Counted from the first letter of the stretch, positions 18,566 through 26,465 are shown. The stretch is DNA of 64,000 bases from an uncultured Bacteroidales bacterium (GCA_946415475.1 CAMKSQ010000004.1:898-64897); one strand, 5' to 3'. The notes: a model not told the origin generated them from the letters alone. Numbers and translations are program-made.

Positions 18566-19420
18566 TTACATCGTAACGGCGCTGCCGATGCGCGCGCGAA
18601 GGAAGGCGATGAATTGCGGGTTGTCGCTTTGGTGGAGGTAAAAGGTGCGGATGATGTCCAGTGCCGCATAGGGCCGAAGGGAGCGGTTGAGTGCTTCTAC
18701 GTCTTCTGTACCGGTATAGGCCTTGGCAAAGGCGTCCCAGAAGGTGAGCATTTGTTCGCGGGTCATGTGCGTGAGTTCCTGCACGGTGGGAATGACGCTG
18801 TCTTCTACCATCATTTTGTACAGGTGCGCCAGGTCCATCATGTACCAGCCCTGCGAGAGCCAGCCCAGGTCTATCCAGTAATGTTTTTCATCGGCCAGAA
18901 TGATGTTTCCCGGCTGGAAGTCTCCGTGTAGGACGGTGCCTGTATCCGGCATGGCTTTCACCAGCGCCGTGAGTTGCTCCCGTTGGGTATCCGTCACAAG
19001 GATAGACGTGGAGAGAGCCGTGAGGAGCAGCTCTTTCATGGGAATGACCCGTGCCGATGCCTGGATGGGTATCTTGTGCAACTGTTTGCCGTAAGCGGCC
19101 ATTTGTGCAGCGAGTTGGGGGATTTGCGCGGGCGCGTTGGCGCAAAGCCGGGCAAAAGAATGTTTGCCCACGATTTGCTCGCTCAGGATGCCGTGGTCCT
19201 TGCCGTCCCGGACAATCTCATAGATCCGGGGTGTAGGGATGCCGGCCTCAAAGGCAATGCGGGAGGCCTCGAATTCCTGCTCCACTTTTTCTACCGAACC
19301 CATGTCCGAGCGGACCAGTTTGAGGAGGATGCCCGGATGCAGGGGGGAGACGAGCGCTTCTCCGTTGTAGCCCTCGCCAACCTTTGTCCATTCTGAAAGA
19401 TTGATTTGCGGATAGTTCAT
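18566..19420 (-). CDS. aminoglycoside-phosphotransferase-fold kinase (APH family), paralog 2
   Basis: HGDFQPGNII and WIDLGW motifs. The start is moved to ATG 19420 (MNYPQINLSEW...) because a TACTTTTG -7 box sits at 19425-19432 and the upstream 78 codons of the ORF-track call run through hairpin repeats. Confidence 0.8.
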   Translation of the reverse strand: MNYPQINLSEWTKVGEGYNGEALVSPLHPGILLKLVRSDMGSVEKVEQEFEASRIAFEAGIPTPRIYEIVRDGKDHGILSEQIVGKHSFARLCANAPAQIPQLAAQMAAYGKQLHKIPIQASARVIPMKELLLTALSTSILVTDTQREQLTALVKAMPDTGTVLHGDFQPGNIILADEKHYWIDLGWLSQGWYMMDLAHLYKMMVEDSVIPTVQELTHMTREQMLTFWDAFAKAYTGTEDVEALNRSLRPYAALDIIRTFYLHQSDNPQFIAFLRARIGSAVTM

Positions 19421-19424
19421 GGTG

Positions 19425-19432
19425 CAAAAGTA
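19425..19432 (-). promoter_or_regulatory. -7 box (TACTTTTG) 4 nt from the ATG
   Basis: Sense TACTTTTG-cacc-ATG, which implies a leaderless or near-leaderless mRNA. Confidence 0.5.
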
Positions 19433-19556
19433 GAAAATTTCTGCCGCGTTTGCAATTGCGACTGGGGGGCGCCTGGTCCCTCCACGGGCGCGAAAACGCC
19501 TCAAAGCGTAGCACAGGCGGACCTTTCGGCCCGCTTCCCTTTCACCGGGATGCGGA

Positions 19557-19642
19557 ATCTCGTCCTTATTTTGCCTTGATTCTGAGGACGAGATGCCCCA
19601 ATCGCCCTTGTCATCCTTAAAATCGCCTGTTTTTGAGGACGA
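19557..19642 (-). repeat. dual-hairpin element copy 2
   Basis: ATCTCGTCCT 19557-19566 pairs with AGGACGAGAT 19585-19594. TCATCCT 19611-19617 pairs with AGGACGA 19636-19642. The second stem is fully paired only as minus-strand RNA (G-U); on the plus strand it has an A-C mismatch. Confidence 0.7.
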
Positions 19643-19859
19643 GCACCATTGCAACTGCCAAAGGTCATACTTATTATGGCCATTTCCCTGGATAGGTGGG
19701 TAAGTAAATTATAGTCAGGAGTGAAATAGTTTGCATTTCTTTTGAAGTACTTCCGGATCTTGACAAAACAGAATTGATGCATTGCTGGTGATGTTCCAGA
19801 CAACACATCAAAAACTAGAAAAAAATCAAAATCTATCTGACTTTTTCATAGTTTTTGAT

Positions 19860-19867
19860 TATATTTG
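19860..19867 (+). promoter_or_regulatory. -7 box (TATATTTG)
   Basis: TATATTTG lies 26 nt upstream of ATG 19894. Confidence 0.5.
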
Positions 19868-19893
19868 CCTCAAGATACTAGTTGGGAGAAGCA

Positions 19894-21255
19894 ATGAAAA
19901 GAAAACTGACACAGAAGCTGATAGACTGGAAAAACAGGCCAGACCACAAGCCGCTCATCCTCCAGGGAGCCCGGCAGGTGGGCAAGACCTACATCCTGGA
20001 GGAGTTCGGTCGCAATCATTACAAGAATTATATCAAGGTAAGTCTGGACTTGGTAACGGATGTGACCAATTTCCTCAAGGACAATATCAACCCTATTGAG
20101 ATTATTGCCTATCTGGAATCCTTGTACAATCAGCGCATCTTGCCCCACGAAACACTGGTTATCTTGGATGAGATTCAGGATTGTAAAAGAGCGCTCCTGG
20201 CTTTGAAATACTTCAAAGAGGATTATCCTCAATATGATATTGTGGCGGCAGGAAGCCTTCTGGGTGTGGCTGTGAATCAGGGAAACAAGCCTGATGAGGA
20301 TGAAAAGACAGACAAACAGGAGGAAGACGAATTCTCATATCCCGTTGGCATGGTGGATGAACTGAACCTGTTTCCCATGGATTTTGAGGAGTTTCTTTGG
20401 GCGACGGGAAATGACATTCTCTCGCAGGAAATTCGTTCCCACTATGAGGCCAACGAAGCTATGCCGGCATCGGTGCATTCCCTGGCGTTGGATCTTTATC
20501 AAAAGTATCTTGTTGTAGGAGGCATGCCAGAGAGCGTGCAAAAATGGGTGGACACACATAGCTATCTGGAGTGCAGGACCGTTCAGCAGTCTATTTTGGT
20601 TGGGTACAATGCCGATATGGCCAAATACGCCAAACCCGCAACTACGGTGAAGATAAGGGCCTGTTTTAACAGCATTCCCGCCCAGTTGGCAAAGGAAAAC
20701 CGCAAGTTCCAATATAAGCTTGCCATGAAAGGCGGTACGGCCAAAATATTCGGAGAAGCCATTGAGTGGCTCATTCTTGCCGGCACCGTACATAAGTGCA
20801 AACTGATTACACACGGCTTCATCCCTATCTCGGCCCAGGAGGACGACAGCGATTTTAAGATTTACATGTCCGACGTGGGACTTCTGAATACCAAGACGCA
20901 GATGCCGGTTCAGATGCTGCTGAACGCTATAGAGACCGACAATACATTCCTCGGGTCTGTCGCTGAAAACTATGTGGGCCAGGCACTTGCAGCCAATGGC
21001 ATAACACTCCGTTATTGGAAGAACGACAATACACAGGAGGTCGAATTCATCCTGCAAGACGGGATGAACGTGATACCCGTTGAAGTCAAAAAGGGTAAGA
21101 AGGTGGATGCTATCAGCCTGAACAATTTCAAAAAGACCTACAATTGCCCTTATGCCTACAGAATCTCCGGCAAGAATTTCGGGTATGCAAACGGAATCAA
21201 GGCTGTTCCTCTTTATGCCGTCTTTTGTATAGAAGCGAATGGGGACCTTGAATAA
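19894..21255 (+). CDS. AAA-family ATPase with DUF4143-like C-terminal domain (COG1373-type)
   Basis: Walker A LILQGARQVGKTY and Walker B-like LVILDEIQ, followed by a long C-terminal domain. ATG 19894 is preferred over the TTG at 19882. The gene is clearly AT-richer than its surroundings. Confidence 0.8.
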   Translation: MKRKLTQKLIDWKNRPDHKPLILQGARQVGKTYILEEFGRNHYKNYIKVSLDLVTDVTNFLKDNINPIEIIAYLESLYNQRILPHETLVILDEIQDCKRALLALKYFKEDYPQYDIVAAGSLLGVAVNQGNKPDEDEKTDKQEEDEFSYPVGMVDELNLFPMDFEEFLWATGNDILSQEIRSHYEANEAMPASVHSLALDLYQKYLVVGGMPESVQKWVDTHSYLECRTVQQSILVGYNADMAKYAKPATTVKIRACFNSIPAQLAKENRKFQYKLAMKGGTAKIFGEAIEWLILAGTVHKCKLITHGFIPISAQEDDSDFKIYMSDVGLLNTKTQMPVQMLLNAIETDNTFLGSVAENYVGQALAANGITLRYWKNDNTQEVEFILQDGMNVIPVEVKKGKKVDAISLNNFKKTYNCPYAYRISGKNFGYANGIKAVPLYAVFCIEANGDLE

Positions 21256-21362
21256 AGACAAGAGCCCTTGAAGCGCTATGATTTCCGCGGTGACAAGTTT
21301 GCAAGTTTTTTTGGCCACTTTTTGGGCCACTCACCCGGGATTTCGCCTTCGGCGACATCCCT

Positions 21363-21383
21363 GCCCGCCTGCGGCGGGCTTTG
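21363..21383 (+). terminator. intrinsic terminator
   Basis: GCCCGCC-tgc-GGCGGGC followed by TTT. It is preceded by a second hairpin, GGGATTTCGCC-ttc-GGCGACATCCC (21337-21361). Confidence 0.55.
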
Positions 21384-21394
21384 CAAAGCTTACC

Positions 21395-21434
21395 AAAAAA
21401 TGCGTGCTCAAGCAAGCTTGGCACGCACTTTTTG
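21395..21434. terminator. bidirectional terminator 3' of tRNA-Ser
   Basis: AAAAAA-TGCGTGC-t-CAAG-caag-CTTG-g-GCACGCA-c-TTTTT. Confidence 0.65.
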
Positions 21435-21444
21435 CTAATCTTTG

Positions 21445-21531
21445 CGGTGAGTGAGGGATTCGAACCCCCGGTACGCTCACACGTACACCTGTTTTCGAGG
21501 CAGGCTCCTTCAACCACTCGGACAACTCACC
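21445..21531 (-). tRNA. tRNA-Ser (anticodon CGA)
   Basis: Reverse strand reads GGTGAGT TG TCCGAGTGGTTGAAGGA ... CCTGC CTCGAAA ACAGG, then a long variable arm (GTGTACGTGTGAGCGTACC) and GGGGGTTCGAATCCCTC ACTCACC G. It is an 87-nt class II tRNA with no encoded CCA. Confidence 0.85.
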
Positions 21532-21544
21532 AAAATGGGGACTG

Positions 21545-21552
21545 CAAAGTTA
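21545..21552 (-). promoter_or_regulatory. -7 box (TAACTTTG) of tRNA-Ser
   Basis: Sense CTTG, 19 nt, TAACTTTG, 13 nt, then the tRNA 5' end. Confidence 0.6.
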
Positions 21553-21563
21553 GTAAAAAATAT

Positions 21564-22697
21564 TTACTTTACAAGGGTTACGCCGATGCCGGGGTCGGTG
21601 GGGAGGGTGAGTTTGCCGTCCACCACGCGAACGCCGCTGAAGCGGTCGTTGGAGATGAGGAGGTTGCCGTCCAGGTCGGCGAAGTCCACGGCGGGGGAGA
21701 GCTGGGCGGCGGCGGAGACGGCGCAGGAGGTTTCCGTCATGCAGCCCACCATCACCTTCATGCCCAGGGCGCGGGCGGTGGAGACCATCTTCCAGGCTTC
21801 GCGCATGCCGGTGCATTTCATCAGCTTGATGTTGATGCCGGAGAAGGCGCCCACCAGCCCCGGAATGTCCTTGAGCCGCTGGATGCTTTCATCGGCAAAG
21901 ATGGGAAGGGGACTGCGCTCGGTGAGCCAGGCGATATCGTCCAGCTGCGTGACAGGCATGGGCTGTTCCACCATGACGATGCCCTGCGACGCCAGCCAAT
22001 GAATCTCGTCCAGCGCCTTGGAACGGTCTTTCCAGCCTTGGTTGGCATCGACCGCCAGCGGTACGTCGGTGACGGAACGGATGGTGCGGATCATCTCCTC
22101 GTCGGTGTCCAGGCCAACCTTCACCTTCAGAATGTTGAACCGTCCGGCGGCCTCCAGCGTTTTTTCGCGCACCACATCGGCCGTATCAATACCTATAGTA
22201 TACGTTGTCGATGGTGCCTTGGCCGGATCCAGGCCCCAGATGCGGTACCAGGGCTGGCCCATGAGTTTGCCCACGAGGTCGTGCAGGGCAATGTCGATGG
22301 CCGCTTTGGCAGCGGAATCGCCCTCCGACAGGCTATCGACATAGGTGAGGATGTCTTCCAGCTGGAACGGGTCCGTGAACTGCGAGAGGTCCACCTTCTC
22401 CAGGAAAGCCGTCACGGAAGCCACCGACTGTCCCAGGTAGGGCGGCATGGAGGCCTCGCCGTATCCCGTAATTCCCTCATACTCAATCTCTACCTGCACG
22501 TCGGGCGTGGTTTTGCGGCTATATGATGCCACGGTAAAGGTGTGCGTCAGTTCCAGCTCGTACGGGAAGAACTTCAGGTGCATGCGTCCATCGCCCTTGA
22601 CGATATTGAAGCGTTGCGGACCGCCGGTGCATCCCACCAGCGCCACACCGGCCGCGGCCAGAGCCGAAGTCTTGAGGAAATCGCGTCTATTCTGCAT
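21564..22697 (-). CDS. L-Ala-D/L-Glu (dipeptide) epimerase, enolase superfamily, with Tat-type signal
   Basis: 377-aa ORF. MQNRRDFLKTSALAAAGVALVGC is a twin-arginine/lipoprotein-like signal. Mid-barrel KVKVG, AVDANQGW, EQP and IKLMKCTG are as in YkfB/YcjG-type epimerases. Confidence 0.85.
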   Translation of the reverse strand: MQNRRDFLKTSALAAAGVALVGCTGGPQRFNIVKGDGRMHLKFFPYELELTHTFTVASYSRKTTPDVQVEIEYEGITGYGEASMPPYLGQSVASVTAFLEKVDLSQFTDPFQLEDILTYVDSLSEGDSAAKAAIDIALHDLVGKLMGQPWYRIWGLDPAKAPSTTYTIGIDTADVVREKTLEAAGRFNILKVKVGLDTDEEMIRTIRSVTDVPLAVDANQGWKDRSKALDEIHWLASQGIVMVEQPMPVTQLDDIAWLTERSPLPIFADESIQRLKDIPGLVGAFSGINIKLMKCTGMREAWKMVSTARALGMKVMVGCMTETSCAVSAAAQLSPAVDFADLDGNLLISNDRFSGVRVVDGKLTLPTDPGIGVTLVK

Positions 22698-23634
22698 AAT
22701 AAGGATTGCTTAACGTGGTTTGGATGAGCGGATCCGTGCCGATATAAGGCAGGATGCGCGTGCCGAAGAGGTATCGACCCGTATTGTAAGCGTCGTAATA
22801 GGCGTCATCCGGCACAAAGCTGCCGATTTTTACCAGGCCCAGCGAGTGGATGAAGCGGCCGTTGCCCAGGTAGAAGCCCACATGGCTGATGCCGGCGGTG
22901 CCGTCCTCCTTCCATCGACCAAAGAAAACCAGGTCTGCCGGCTTAAGCTCGTTCATGTCCGTAATGCGCTGGCCCACTTTGCTTTGCGGACCGGCGTCGC
23001 GGGGAAGGATGAGGTCGTGCATGAACAGGACCGTGCGTACGAAACCGCTGCAGTCCATACCTTTGGGCGACATGCCGGCCCAGAGGTAGGGGAAACCCAG
23101 CATGCTTTTGGCCGTTGCCAGGATGGCTTCGGGACTATTGTCGATGTCCTTGCGCCAGTCGTCTTCCTCCTTTGCCAGTTTGCGGGAAAGGAAGCCGGTG
23201 CGCCCGTCCGGGAAGGCCACCTTGAAGTAATTGCCGCGCTTGCCCAGGTAGCGGAGCATGTCTCCGGCCACCACGTCCGACACCGTGGCGGAGCTCTTGG
23301 AAGCCTCCTGGTGCACAATGCCGGTGAGGGCCGTCACCACCACCTTCGGGGCAACGTTCCATGCGTGGTAGGTGTCATAATCCATCACGGTGATGGCGTC
23401 CTTGTGCACCCAGCCGGTATAGGTGTCCGGCGTCTGCACCTGGGGCCAGTTGTAGCTGCCGCCCGTCTGCAGAATGTGCACGGGCGTGCCCAGCAGGGCC
23501 TGCGACACCATTTCGGCGCTGTACGTAGGCGTATCGCGCAGGTTGCACACGGAAATGTTCACGACGCCCCATTCCTGGGCGAAAGCGGAAAGGCCGGCAA
23601 GCTGCGCCGCCGCCAAAAGGATCATTTTTTTCAT
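22687..23634 (-). CDS. NlpC/P60 gamma-D-glutamyl-L-diamino-acid endopeptidase with SH3b domains (YkfC-like)
   Basis: 315-aa ORF with a signal peptide. It has N-terminal SH3b-like repeats, the catalytic Cys in GMDCSGFV and His in ISHVGFYLGNGRFIHS. Confidence 0.85.
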   Translation of the reverse strand: MKKMILLAAAQLAGLSAFAQEWGVVNISVCNLRDTPTYSAEMVSQALLGTPVHILQTGGSYNWPQVQTPDTYTGWVHKDAITVMDYDTYHAWNVAPKVVVTALTGIVHQEASKSSATVSDVVAGDMLRYLGKRGNYFKVAFPDGRTGFLSRKLAKEEDDWRKDIDNSPEAILATAKSMLGFPYLWAGMSPKGMDCSGFVRTVLFMHDLILPRDAGPQSKVGQRITDMNELKPADLVFFGRWKEDGTAGISHVGFYLGNGRFIHSLGLVKIGSFVPDDAYYDAYNTGRYLFGTRILPYIGTDPLIQTTLSNPYYAE

Positions 23635-24557
23635 TCTGCTTGTAGTAATGCCAAGGCCTCCTCGACGGAAAGTGCCTTGTCGATGGTAAATTCTCCGCTC
23701 CGGGAACGGATGAGCCCGCTCAGGTGCGCGCCGGAGTTCAGCGCCTCTCCCAGGTCGCGGGCAAAGGCCCGGATGTACGTCCCCTTAGAACACGCAATGC
23801 GGATGGTGGCCTCCGGTAATCCTAACCCTGAAGTATCTGCTACGTGAATTCTTGACGATGCAGAATTGTTTGAGGATGGCATAGGGGTATCTGAACCGTC
23901 GCTTCGCGACCCCTCCCATTCGCAGCGTGCTTCGCACGGCTGTGGGCCCCTCCCTCTTACACGGCCGAGGGTGGCCATGGGTTCAGATACCCCTATGCCA
24001 TCCTCTGTAAAATCGAGCAACTCTAACTCGCTGATGTTGATGCGGTTGCGGTGGAGGGTTTCCAGGGCGGCAGCGTCGATGGCCTCCGTGTTGCCGGCCC
24101 GGTAGAGTTTCCGGGCAAGTTCGTAGGCTCGGACTCCATCCACGCTCTTGGCGCTGAACAGCGGAGCCACCTGCTCCTGCTCGCCCAGGAAGGCGGGAAG
24201 GGCGGTGCGCACGGCATCGGCACTTATATGCTCAAACGGGAACTGGCGGTCCACCTCCTTCTCCAGGTCGTACGACGGCGTGGTGGCGCCAAAACGGATG
24301 CGCGCGATATACTCTTTGTCGTGGTCCTGCAGCTCCTGCGCCCGTTTACAGGCATTGCCGATGCACACCAGCAGTACCCCCGTCGCCAGGGGATCCAGCG
24401 TGCCTGCATGCCCCACCTTCAAGTTCTTCTTCCCGAAGTGCTTGATGGCGGCATACTTGAGTTTGCGGATGACGTCGGCAGAAGTCCAGCGGTAAGGTTT
24501 GTCTACCGCCAGCACAATGCCTTCCGGATAATCGGCAATGTCGCGGCTGAAAATCAT
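23631..24557 (-). CDS. truB: tRNA pseudouridine(55) synthase carrying an in-frame repeat insertion
   Basis: VDKPYRWTSADV, GHAGTLDPLATGVLLV and CSKGTYIRAFARDLG motifs. At 308 aa it is longer than usual because of the insert at 23872-24005. Confidence 0.93.
   Translation of the reverse strand: MIFSRDIADYPEGIVLAVDKPYRWTSADVIRKLKYAAIKHFGKKNLKVGHAGTLDPLATGVLLVCIGNACKRAQELQDHDKEYIARIRFGATTPSYDLEKEVDRQFPFEHISADAVRTALPAFLGEQEQVAPLFSAKSVDGVRAYELARKLYRAGNTEAIDAAALETLHRNRINISELELLDFTEDGIGVSEPMATLGRVRGRGPQPCEARCEWEGSRSDGSDTPMPSSNNSASSRIHVADTSGLGLPEATIRIACSKGTYIRAFARDLGEALNSGAHLSGLIRSRSGEFTIDKALSVEEALALLQAE
23872..24005 (-). repeat. hairpin-forming MITE/RPE-like element inside truB
   Basis: A perfect 26-bp inverted repeat (23872-23897 / 23980-24005) encloses a 40-nt core (23940-23979) that is 39/40 identical to the reverse complement of 56372-56411. 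Confidence 0.85.
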
Positions 24558-24985
24558 TTGACAGGCATCTTGTCGATGCGGTTCTGGTGACGGCCGCCCT
24601 CAAACGGGGTGTCCAGCCACTCGCGCACAATGGCCGATGCCAGGCGGTAGCTGATGAAGCGGGCCGGCAGCACCAGCACGTTAGCGTTGTTGTGCTGTGC
24701 CACCAGATGGCCGATGGCGGTGCCCCAGGCCAGTCCGGCGCGGATGCCCTGGTGCTTGTTCAGGGTGATGGCCATGCCGTTGCCGGTGCCGCAAAGGGCG
24801 ATGCCCAGGTCCACCTCGCCGTTTTCCACGGCATAGGCCAGCTTATGGGCATAGTCCGGATAGTCCACGCTATCCGTGGTGTCCGTACCAAAATTCACTA
24901 CCTCGATGCCGCGTTTCTGCAGCATTTTCACAAGCTTGAACTTGTATTCCACGCCCGCGTGGTCGTTGCAAATGCCAATTTTCAT
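24554..24985 (-). CDS. rpiB: ribose-5-phosphate isomerase B
   Basis: 143-aa ORF. MKIGICNDHAG...CGTGNGMAITLNKHQGIRA...HNNANVLVLPARF matches the RpiB/LacAB signature. Confidence 0.93.
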   Translation of the reverse strand: MKIGICNDHAGVEYKFKLVKMLQKRGIEVVNFGTDTTDSVDYPDYAHKLAYAVENGEVDLGIALCGTGNGMAITLNKHQGIRAGLAWGTAIGHLVAQHNNANVLVLPARFISYRLASAIVREWLDTPFEGGRHQNRIDKMPVK

Positions 24986-25046
24986 ATCGTCCTAAGTTTA
25001 TACTACAAAAATAGTAATTTTATGCGATAAATCCCTCGTTTTCCGT

Positions 25047-25550
25047 TCATTCCTTTCCTTCTATTTTCAGGGCGCCGCGGTAGGTGATGTCGTCCCGGTT
25101 GACGCAGTGGACGAAGAGATCCGCATCGCCGCTGTCGAAGACAGTCAGAGTGTAGATATAGGAGTCTTCCTCGTTTTTTACGCCGATTTTAATCGTCCTT
25201 TTTTCGGAGGACGATCCGGAATCGGAATACGAGGCAATCTTCTCCTGGAAATTAAGTCCCTTGCCGCCGCCATAGGGCACCATTCTAGCCTCTCCGAAGT
25301 AGGGGAGATAGGAGAAAAGGGTGTCGCCGTGGACCTTGATGGAGTGGGCTGTGACGGCTTTCCCGCTGCTGCGGAGCGGTATCATGAAATTGATGTCGAT
25401 GGTGTAGTTCCTGGAATCCAGTATCTCCTGGATGCGCCGGGCTTCGGCCTGTTTCTCCTGAGGAGTCTTCCTGGTGACGCCACAGGCGGTGACAATCACA
25501 ACGAAGAGGATAGCGATAAGACGGATGGGTTGCATAACTTGCTCGTTCAT
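25047..25550 (-). CDS. DUF4251-family lipoprotein
   Basis: 167-aa ORF with lipobox (IVTACG). The NYTIDINFMIPLRS...LPYFGEA pattern is typical of DUF4251. Confidence 0.7.
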   Translation of the reverse strand: MNEQVMQPIRLIAILFVVIVTACGVTRKTPQEKQAEARRIQEILDSRNYTIDINFMIPLRSSGKAVTAHSIKVHGDTLFSYLPYFGEARMVPYGGGKGLNFQEKIASYSDSGSSSEKRTIKIGVKNEEDSYIYTLTVFDSGDADLFVHCVNRDDITYRGALKIEGKE

Positions 25551-25562
25551 TGAATTTCATCA

Positions 25563-26459
25563 TCAATCACTTAGGTATTCTTCCAGGAATTCCGAGGCGT
25601 CGGCATAGGCATCGTGTTCCAGTTTATAGAACCCGCAGGGAAGTTCATCGATAAGGTCGCGGCTGCTGTAGGCTTCCGCCGTATACTTTGCTGTCAGGAC
25701 GTCTCCGGCATGGCCATGGATCCAGACTCCGAGCGCTGCCGCGTCCTCGGCTCCGTATCCTCTTGCCAGAAGACCGCCGATGAGGCCGGTGAGCACATCT
25801 CCACTACCACCTTTGGCCATGCCCGGGTTGCCCGTTGTGTTGACGAGACATTCCCCGCCGGGGGTGAAGATACGGGAGTGGTAGCCCTTCATGACGATGT
25901 GGCACCCGGTTTCCGCGCAGAGTTCCCAGGCGAGGGTTTCCCGTTCCTTGTCGTCCCGGCAGGGGAGGAGCCGCTTCAGCTCTCCCTTGTGCGGGGTGAG
26001 AACGGAGCCGGGCGGGATGAGTTCCGTCCAGTCGGCCATGACCGAGAGGATATTGAGGGCATCGGCATCCAGGACAGCCGGGATGCGGCGCTCACAGGCT
26101 TCTCCCAGGAGGTCCATCATGGCGTTCATGGTGCCGGGGGACCACCCGAGTCCCGGGCCGATGGCAAGGGCGGTGTAGCGCTCGAGCTTCTCCGGGACCG
26201 TGCTGAAGTGACTTCCCGGGTCCTCGGAGAGCATGGCAGAAGGGTAGGAGGCCGCTGCTGCGAAAAGGGTTCGCGGGGTGGAGTGAAGCATCACCAGACC
26301 GCAACCGGAGCGGAGCGCTGCACCGGTGGCGAGAAGGGCCGCCCCGGGCATGGTTTCGCACCCGGCAATGACAAGGAGCCTGCCGTAGTCGTGCTTGTGG
26401 GAATCGTTCTGGCGGCGCAGCAGCCGCGGTCGGAGGAATTCGGGCGTAATCTCTTGCAT
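25563..26459 (-). CDS. nnrD: ADP-dependent NAD(P)H-hydrate dehydratase
   Basis: HKHDYGRLLVIAG and GNPGMAKGGSGDVLTGLIGGLLARG motifs. The start is set at ATG 26459 because the TTG at 26468 lies inside the -7 box. Confidence 0.88.
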   Translation of the reverse strand: MQEITPEFLRPRLLRRQNDSHKHDYGRLLVIAGCETMPGAALLATGAALRSGCGLVMLHSTPRTLFAAAASYPSAMLSEDPGSHFSTVPEKLERYTALAIGPGLGWSPGTMNAMMDLLGEACERRIPAVLDADALNILSVMADWTELIPPGSVLTPHKGELKRLLPCRDDKERETLAWELCAETGCHIVMKGYHSRIFTPGGECLVNTTGNPGMAKGGSGDVLTGLIGGLLARGYGAEDAAALGVWIHGHAGDVLTAKYTAEAYSSRDLIDELPCGFYKLEHDAYADASEFLEEYLSD

Positions 26460-26465
26460 GGTATA

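Noticed and set aside
19421-19654. 78-codon N-terminal extension of the APH kinase ORF (ORF-track start at 19654).
   Set aside because: The extension runs through the hairpin repeats (translated as ...KDDKGDWGISSSESRQNKDE...). A TACTTTTG -7 box sits at 19425-19432 downstream of it, and the homologous paralog starts at the equivalent of MNYPQ.
19690-19720. Possible att-type duplication of the tRNA-Ser 3' end at the far side of the low-GC islet (GGAGTGAAATAG versus GGTGAGTGAGGGAT).
   Set aside because: Only a 6-7-nt match, with no integrase. This is not distinguishable from chance.
23872-24005. The truB/tilS inserts considered as inteins, self-splicing introns or small ribozymes.
   Set aside because: At 134-164 nt (about 45-55 aa) they are far too small for an intein or a group I/II intron. 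I see no hammerhead core (CUGAUGA...GAAA) or other ribozyme signature I can recognise. The CUGA...GAA words in the related mini-hairpin do not fit the hammerhead consensus. Removal at the RNA level cannot be excluded without data.
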